This document shows positions 36,330 through 41,060 of a stretch of DNA of 41,060 bases, piece by piece. The stretch spans positions 1 to 41,060 of the forward strand of contig CAYHLZ010000004.1 in assembly GCA_964357635.1 (NCBI GenBank). The letters are read 5' to 3'. The first letter of the stretch is position 1. Every line of letters begins with the position of its first letter. The stretch is from an uncultured Candidatus Saccharibacteria bacterium (GTDB lineage: Bacteria; Patescibacteriota; Minisyncoccia; Phycocordibacterales; Zambryskibacteraceae). Position numbers and translations under genes: made by a program. The notes beneath the pieces are model-generated. The model saw only the letters and a list, made by a program, of their open reading frames with translations, did no database searches and was not told where the DNA came from.

Positions 36330-37292
36330 ATGTTCATAGACGAACTAAACCTTTTATTTAAGGCCGGTCATGGTGGTGACGGGGTAGTACGTTGGCGTCA
36401 CGAGAAAGGCAGGGACAAAGCTGGCCCATCTGGGGGTAATGGTGGTAAAGGCGGGGATGTTTACGCTATTGCTGTTCGAGATATCGGAATTTTATCTGCT
36501 TATCGTAATGTAAAAGAGTTTGCCGCGGGGCGTGGAGGAGACGGGATGAAGGATTTGAAGCAGGGTGGGGCAGGAAAAGATATTGAAATAAAGTTACCCA
36601 TTGGCTCTCGTTTAACCAATATTTCTACAGGTTACTCCGTTGAGCTTCTCAAGGAAGATGAGAAGGTTTTACTTCTTAAGGGTGGAAAAGGAGGTTTGGG
36701 GAACGAGCATTTCAAATGCTCAACAAATATCCGCCCGAAAGAATTTACTCTAGGCACAGAAGGGGAAGAGTCTGAATTTCATATTGAACTTCTTCTTGTT
36801 GTAGATATTGGTATCATAGGGTTACCAAACGTTGGTAAATCCAGTCTCCTAAACACGCTTACTAGCGCACATTCTAAGGTTGGAGACTTCCCATTTACAA
36901 CACTTGAACCAGCCTTAGGAAGCTTTTATGGACTTATTATAGCCGACATACCTGGTCTTATTGAGGGTGCAGCAGAAGGTCGGGGTCTTGGACACAAATT
37001 TTTGCGACACATAGAACGCACCAAAGCGCTTGTACATTGCATCTCTGCTGAAGTTAGTGACCCCATTGAGACGTATAAGGTGGTTAGAAAGGAGCTTGAG
37101 CTCTATAATAAAGACATGATAAAAAAGCCGGAAGTGGTGTTACTTACAAAGACAGACATGATTTCCGAAAAAGAGAGCATGAGAAAACTTAAGCTCTTAA
37201 GCACGGTAGGACAGAATGTATTTCCAATCTCAATACTAGATGAAAAGTTAGTTAAAGATTTTGGTAATTTCCTAACTAAAACCTTTAAATAA
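36330..37292 (+). CDS. obgE: GTPase Obg/CgtA (no C-terminal domain)
   Basis: Gly-rich Obg fold (KAGHGGDG, GGNGGKGG), GLPNVGKS, FTTL, DIPG, GLGHKFLRHIER and TKTD. Confidence 0.95.
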   Translation: MFIDELNLLFKAGHGGDGVVRWRHEKGRDKAGPSGGNGGKGGDVYAIAVRDIGILSAYRNVKEFAAGRGGDGMKDLKQGGAGKDIEIKLPIGSRLTNISTGYSVELLKEDEKVLLLKGGKGGLGNEHFKCSTNIRPKEFTLGTEGEESEFHIELLLVVDIGIIGLPNVGKSSLLNTLTSAHSKVGDFPFTTLEPALGSFYGLIIADIPGLIEGAAEGRGLGHKFLRHIERTKALVHCISAEVSDPIETYKVVRKELELYNKDMIKKPEVVLLTKTDMISEKESMRKLKLLSTVGQNVFPISILDEKLVKDFGNFLTKTFK

Positions 37293-37304
37293 AAACAGAC
37301 TGAT

Positions 37305-38690
37305 ATGAGTGACTATCGTTTAACCGTTGGACTTGAGATACATGCAGAACTTAATACGGAGACAAAGATGTTTTGTAATTCTAAGAATGATACTAAAGAA
37401 TCACGCCCCAATGTAAATGTTTGTCCCATCTGTCTAGGATACCCTGGGACCTTGCCGGTGATAAATGAAGAAGCAGTGCGAAAAATCCTGCGTCTAGGGA
37501 CAGCCCTAGGAGGGGAGCTCGCAGATTTTACAGAGTTTGACCGCAAAAACTACTTTTACCCAGACATTCCTAAGGGCTACCAGATTAGCCAGTATAAACA
37601 TCCACTAATAAAAGGAGGCAAGCTTATAGATGTTCGTATTACACGTATTCATCTAGAAGAAGACACTGCCAAATCCATTCATGCAGAGAGTGGGGAGAGT
37701 CTGCTTGATTTCAACAGAGCGGGCACACCGCTTCTTGAGCTTGTAACCGAGCCAGTGATACATGACAAAGAGACTGCGGTAAAATTTGCCAAAGAGTTCC
37801 AACTACTCATCTCACCAACTTACCTCAATATTAGCTCTGCCGACATGGAGAGGGGAGAGATGAGAGTAGAGGCAAACATTTCAATATCAAAAGATAAGAC
37901 ACTTGGAACCAAGGTTGAAGTTAAGAATCTAAACTCATTTAAGGCAGTAGAGAAGGCCATAGACTTTGAGATTAAACGTCAGACAGAAATTCTTGAAAAA
38001 GGAGGCAAGGTAACCCAAGAAACTCGCGGTTGGAATGAAGTTAAAGAAGAAACATTTTTACAGCGACTAAAAGAAGAGGCCCACGACTACCGCTACTTCC
38101 CAGAACCGGACCTTCCGAAGCTTTTTATAAAAGACACCACTGAGTTTAGTAATAAGAGTTTGAAAACGTCTCTACCTGAACTTCCTAACGAAAAACGTGC
38201 TAGGTATAAAAAAGATTTCAAATTGAAGGAAAGCGACATAGAGATTTATATCAGGGAACCGGAGTGGGGGAGACTCCTAGAAGAGGTTGCCGAGACACTA
38301 AAAGATGTGGAGCTTATCAAGCTTTCTTCCAACTACATCACTAGCGACCTAAAGAAACTTGTACCGGCAAAGAGTCTTGTGGAAGTAATACGTATGGTTT
38401 CTCGTGGAGAGATCTCCTCTCGCGGAGCAAAAGATATTTTAAAAGTTGTTGAAGACAAAGGAGGCGACCCGAAACTTGTTGCCAAAGAAAACAATTTAAT
38501 CCAAAAGAGTGATGCTAACGAGTTGCGAGCTGTGGCAGAGAAAATTATAAAAGAAAATCCTGAAGTGGTTCTAGAGTATAAAAAGGGAAAGGTTGCGTCT
38601 CTACAGTTTCTAATTGGTCAGGCAATGAAGGTTACAAGGGGAAGTGGCAATCCTCAAGTACTGAAAGAAATTTTTACAAAGATTATTTAA
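37305..38690 (+). CDS. gatB: Asp/Glu-tRNA amidotransferase subunit B
   Basis: GLEIHAEL, FDRKNYFYPD, GYQISQ, HLEED, NRAGTPLLELVTEP, EVKNLNS and DYRYFPEPDL. Confidence 0.97.
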   Translation: MSDYRLTVGLEIHAELNTETKMFCNSKNDTKESRPNVNVCPICLGYPGTLPVINEEAVRKILRLGTALGGELADFTEFDRKNYFYPDIPKGYQISQYKHPLIKGGKLIDVRITRIHLEEDTAKSIHAESGESLLDFNRAGTPLLELVTEPVIHDKETAVKFAKEFQLLISPTYLNISSADMERGEMRVEANISISKDKTLGTKVEVKNLNSFKAVEKAIDFEIKRQTEILEKGGKVTQETRGWNEVKEETFLQRLKEEAHDYRYFPEPDLPKLFIKDTTEFSNKSLKTSLPELPNEKRARYKKDFKLKESDIEIYIREPEWGRLLEEVAETLKDVELIKLSSNYITSDLKKLVPAKSLVEVIRMVSRGEISSRGAKDILKVVEDKGGDPKLVAKENNLIQKSDANELRAVAEKIIKENPEVVLEYKKGKVASLQFLIGQAMKVTRGSGNPQVLKEIFTKII

Positions 38691-38929
38691 TCTTCTAGGT
38701 GTCTGATGAGAAGTTTTTTAATACGTTTTTCCGCATTGCTCTTATTAGTGCCACCCTCAATGTCACGTATGACATCTTCTAGGGCCGAAAGCTTGTAGAC
38801 CCTATAGTTGTTCATAGGGTGCCTCTGGGGGCGGAATTTGCCCGATTTGTCCCAATTACGAAGTGTTAGAGGGGAGACTCCCAATATGTCTGCCGCCTCT
38901 TTAATTGAAAAATATATTTCTCTAGTCAT
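38687..38929 (-). CDS. MerR-type helix-turn-helix protein
   Basis: SIKEAADILGVSPLTLRNWDKSG...NNYRVY. Confidence 0.85.
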   Translation of the reverse strand: MTREIYFSIKEAADILGVSPLTLRNWDKSGKFRPQRHPMNNYRVYKLSALEDVIRDIEGGTNKSNAEKRIKKLLIRHLED

Positions 38930-39001
38930 ATACTTATATAAACATTAATAATCACTCATAATTAATAATATAAGACTTTGTATTATCTATCAATGTTTAG
39001 A

Positions 39002-39158
39002 TGGGGATAATTTTATGCTTTAAAGCTCTTCATGAATAAGTTATTAACTTCAGCTCTGGAGAGAAAATTTCATAGCTAAACATGAGTGTCATTTTGGTTT
39101 ATAAATCAAGCGATCCTTATCCCCAGTATTTCACACATTATCCCTAGGGTTTTCCACA
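39002..39158. promoter_or_regulatory. Cluster of DnaA-box-like nonamers in a divergent intergenic region
   Basis: TGGGGATAA (39002), TTATCCCCA (39117), TTATCCCTA (39138) and TTTTCCACA (39150). Confidence 0.4.
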
Positions 39159-39181
39159 CACGAGATTTATAATTTATGTTG

Positions 39182-41060
39182 ATGGATAACCATATTTTCG
39201 TCGACGGAAAAGAATTCATCTCGGCTGTCCGAGCATCAAAAAAAATTGGTTACGCGAGTGACTATGTTGGTCAACTTTGTCGAGCAAAAAAAGTTCCCGG
39301 AAAATTAATTGGAAAGACATGGTACGTTGATTTTCAATCTCTACTTGAACACAGGAAGAACCGGAAGTTGGGAAAGAAGAGAAAAGTTCAACCTGAGTCA
39401 ATTTTGAATGAATTAAGAGGGGAAAGATTAAGCACCACTCTCACTCACAAGCCTTTTGAGAAATACATAGTTCGCCCTGAACAGAAAATTGAAAACAGAA
39501 TAACCAAAAAGCTTCCCGAGGTGATTCTACCTCAACTCCTAAATAGTGCTGGAATTACTTATGAAAAAGAGGAAATATCTCGGTTACCCGAGCTTAATAA
39601 AAAGGTTCGTCGTGTTGAATCTGTTTGGGGTGGAGGGTTACTTAAGAGGGCATCTATAGCCTCCCTGATCTTGATTACTGCCATAAGTGCCCACCTCTCT
39701 GTCCTTGAACAGGTCTCTCCCTCGGTTGCCACAGAGGTGCGACAGGTGACAGAGAGTATTGGTGACATTGGTGGGAAATTTGTAAGCATTCTACCAAACG
39801 ACCTTGTTGAAGGCGAGAGACTAGTTGCCATATCTATTTTTAGCGGCATTGAAAACTTTTTTGAAAATATTGTCACTGGATTTCGTAGCTTGAGAGATTT
39901 AGCACTAAATAAAATTTTCTTCAAACAACCTCGACTAACACAATCTCCTCCTTCACCGAAAATAACGAGAGCAACATCGTCACTGTCTTCAAAAGCAATA
40001 ACAGAAACAACAAACTTACTTAGTCTTAATTCTTTAAGAAGTGAACTTAAAACAGAACTTGAAAATTATATTGATATAAAAATTAATTCTTTGAGTCCTT
40101 CGGTGAATGTGTATCAATCTTTCTACTCAACCCCAACCAATTTAGAATTATTTAGAGACAACGAAGTTGTTCCTGTCATCTACCGAACTGTTACAAACCA
40201 GAGCACTAGTGATGTGGAGCATCTTTCATCAGGAATTAGTAATCTTGTAACAGATGGGAGCTTTATTAGGGCTACTTTTGATACTATTTGTCTTTCGGCC
40301 GATAATTGTATAGGAACATGGCCCACCGGAGGTAGCGGAACTTTTGCTTGGACTCCAACCTCTTACGGTGTCTCAACTTCTACGACTCTTGGCTTCTTAA
40401 ATGGCTTTCTCTCCACAGCTTCCAGCACTTTCACTGGAGGATTTATCGCTGATCGAAGCACCACCACCTCAGCCACCACCACCAACCTCTTTGCTACCAC
40501 TGCTTCAACTACAAACTTTTTTGGATCAGGACTTACCAACTGCACAGGTAACAATTATCTAACTTGGAGTGGAGGACTTTTTGGTTGTGATGTAGACGAC
40601 ACAAGTGTTGGTGGTGGAACATTTGCCTGGACCCCACAATCTTGGGGAGTCTCCACTACCACAACGTTGGGCTTCTTCAATGGTTTCATCTCCACAGCAT
40701 CATCAACATTTACTGGAGGATTTCTTGCTAACCGAAGCACCACTACCGAAGCCACATCCACTAACTTCTTTACCTCCCTCTTTGGTGCCAATCAATTAAG
40801 AATTGGTGGTACAGGAACATCAACCATCAACTCTTCAGGAGATCTCTTCGTCATTGGCTCCACCACTCTTCAGAACTTTACTTTCATTAACGCCACAGGC
40901 ACTCAAGCAACAACAACAAACTTCTTCTCCACCAATCTTTTTGCTTCCGTCATCAACTCTTCTTCTCTGGCTACTCTTGCTAACTTACTTTCAACCGGTT
41001 CATCTACTCTCCAGAACTTCACCTTTGTTAACGCCACCGGCACTTCTGCTACCACCACCA
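39182..41060 (+). CDS. Giant surface protein, 5' part (runs off window; absent from ORF track)
   Basis: Open frame from ATG 39182 to the window end. N-terminal HTH-like domain (FISAVRASKKIGYASDYVGQLCR...GKTWYV), hydrophobic segment (ASIASLILITAISAHL), then Thr/Ser/Gly-rich repeats. Confidence 0.9.
   Translation, partial: MDNHIFVDGKEFISAVRASKKIGYASDYVGQLCRAKKVPGKLIGKTWYVDFQSLLEHRKNRKLGKKRKVQPESILNELRGERLSTTLTHKPFEKYIVRPEQKIENRITKKLPEVILPQLLNSAGITYEKEEISRLPELNKKVRRVESVWGGGLLKRASIASLILITAISAHLSVLEQVSPSVATEVRQVTESIGDIGGKFVSILPNDLVEGERLVAISIFSGIENFFENIVTGFRSLRDLALNKIFFKQPRLTQSPPSPKITRATSSLSSKAITETTNLLSLNSLRSELKTELENYIDIKINSLSPSVNVYQSFYSTPTNLELFRDNEVVPVIYRTVTNQSTSDVEHLSSGISNLVTDGSFIRATFDTICLSADNCIGTWPTGGSGTFAWTPTSYGVSTSTTLGFLNGFLSTASSTFTGGFIADRSTTTSATTTNLFATTASTTNFFGSGLTNCTGNNYLTWSGGLFGCDVDDTSVGGGTFAWTPQSWGVSTTTTLGFFNGFISTASSTFTGGFLANRSTTTEATSTNFFTSLFGANQLRIGGTGTSTINSSGDLFVIGSTTLQNFTFINATGTQATTTNFFSTNLFASVINSSSLATLANLLSTGSSTLQNFTFVNATGTSATTT
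40337..40770 (+). repeat. Degenerate coding repeat, period 279 nt (93 aa)
   Basis: GTFAWTPTSYGVSTSTTLGFLNGFLSTASSTFTGGF at 40337 versus GTFAWTPQSWGVSTTTTLGFFNGFISTASSTFTGGF at 40616. Confidence 0.9.
40856..41060 (+). repeat. Second coding repeat, period 141 nt (47 aa)
   Basis: GSTTLQNFTFINATGTQATTT versus GSSTLQNFTFVNATGTSATTT. Confidence 0.85.

Noticed and set aside
36330-38690. Short ObgE and gatB without gatA/gatC as pseudogene or novelty signals
   Set aside because: Catalytic motifs are intact. Loss of the Obg tail and scattered gat genes are unremarkable in reduced genomes.
1046-38929. Alternative genetic code (UGA=Gly, as in Gracilibacteria)
   Set aside because: Long genes are intact under code 11, and TGA acts as a stop at natural ends (murE/murD overlap, 13368, 18857).
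38930-39181. Replication origin
   Set aside because: The boxes are degenerate, no dnaA/dnaN is nearby, and skew cannot be judged from this window.
40337-40770. DGR template/variable repeat pair or CRISPR array
   Set aside because: Differences are mostly synonymous third-position changes rather than adenine-specific, and there is no RT or spacer structure. This is an ordinary coding repeat.

Overview
Chromosomal segment of a small-genome bacterium, most likely Patescibacteria/CPR (Parcubacteria-like). This is inferred from divergent 16S motifs, an unlinked 16S gene, a VirD4/TraD-like ATPase and an HTH-TM-Thr-rich giant protein. It opens with the 3' end of a 16S rRNA gene that lacks the anti-Shine-Dalgarno sequence and has an expanded helix 40. 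Next come a stand-alone small-ORF unit, tRNA-Ile(GAT), a short ugd-like gene, a DUF4015-like hydrolase, murD/murE/murC, an orphan cassette and the ATPase. A ~22 kb surface-glycan locus follows (four GT4, GT9, GT8-like, five methyltransferases, two gmd-like genes, a Nudix hydrolase, an asnB-like gene, kdsD, a kdsA variant, a flippase and an O-antigen-ligase/TPR protein). A 550-bp intergenic region then holds two mutually complementary structured RNA candidates and an unannotated 25-aa Lys/Arg peptide. The window ends with secA, a thioredoxin-like/DsbB pair, MYG1, obgE, gatB, a MerR-like HTH gene and the 5' part of a giant repetitive surface protein. The best leads are (i) the RNA pair plus basic peptide upstream of secA, (ii) non-SD translation (lost anti-SD, near-leaderless promoters, and a helix-40 insert complementary to the leaders of two orphan cassettes), and (iii) a Kdo-like pathway with an Asp-type KdsA. 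All calls come from reading motifs by eye; no database searches were run.
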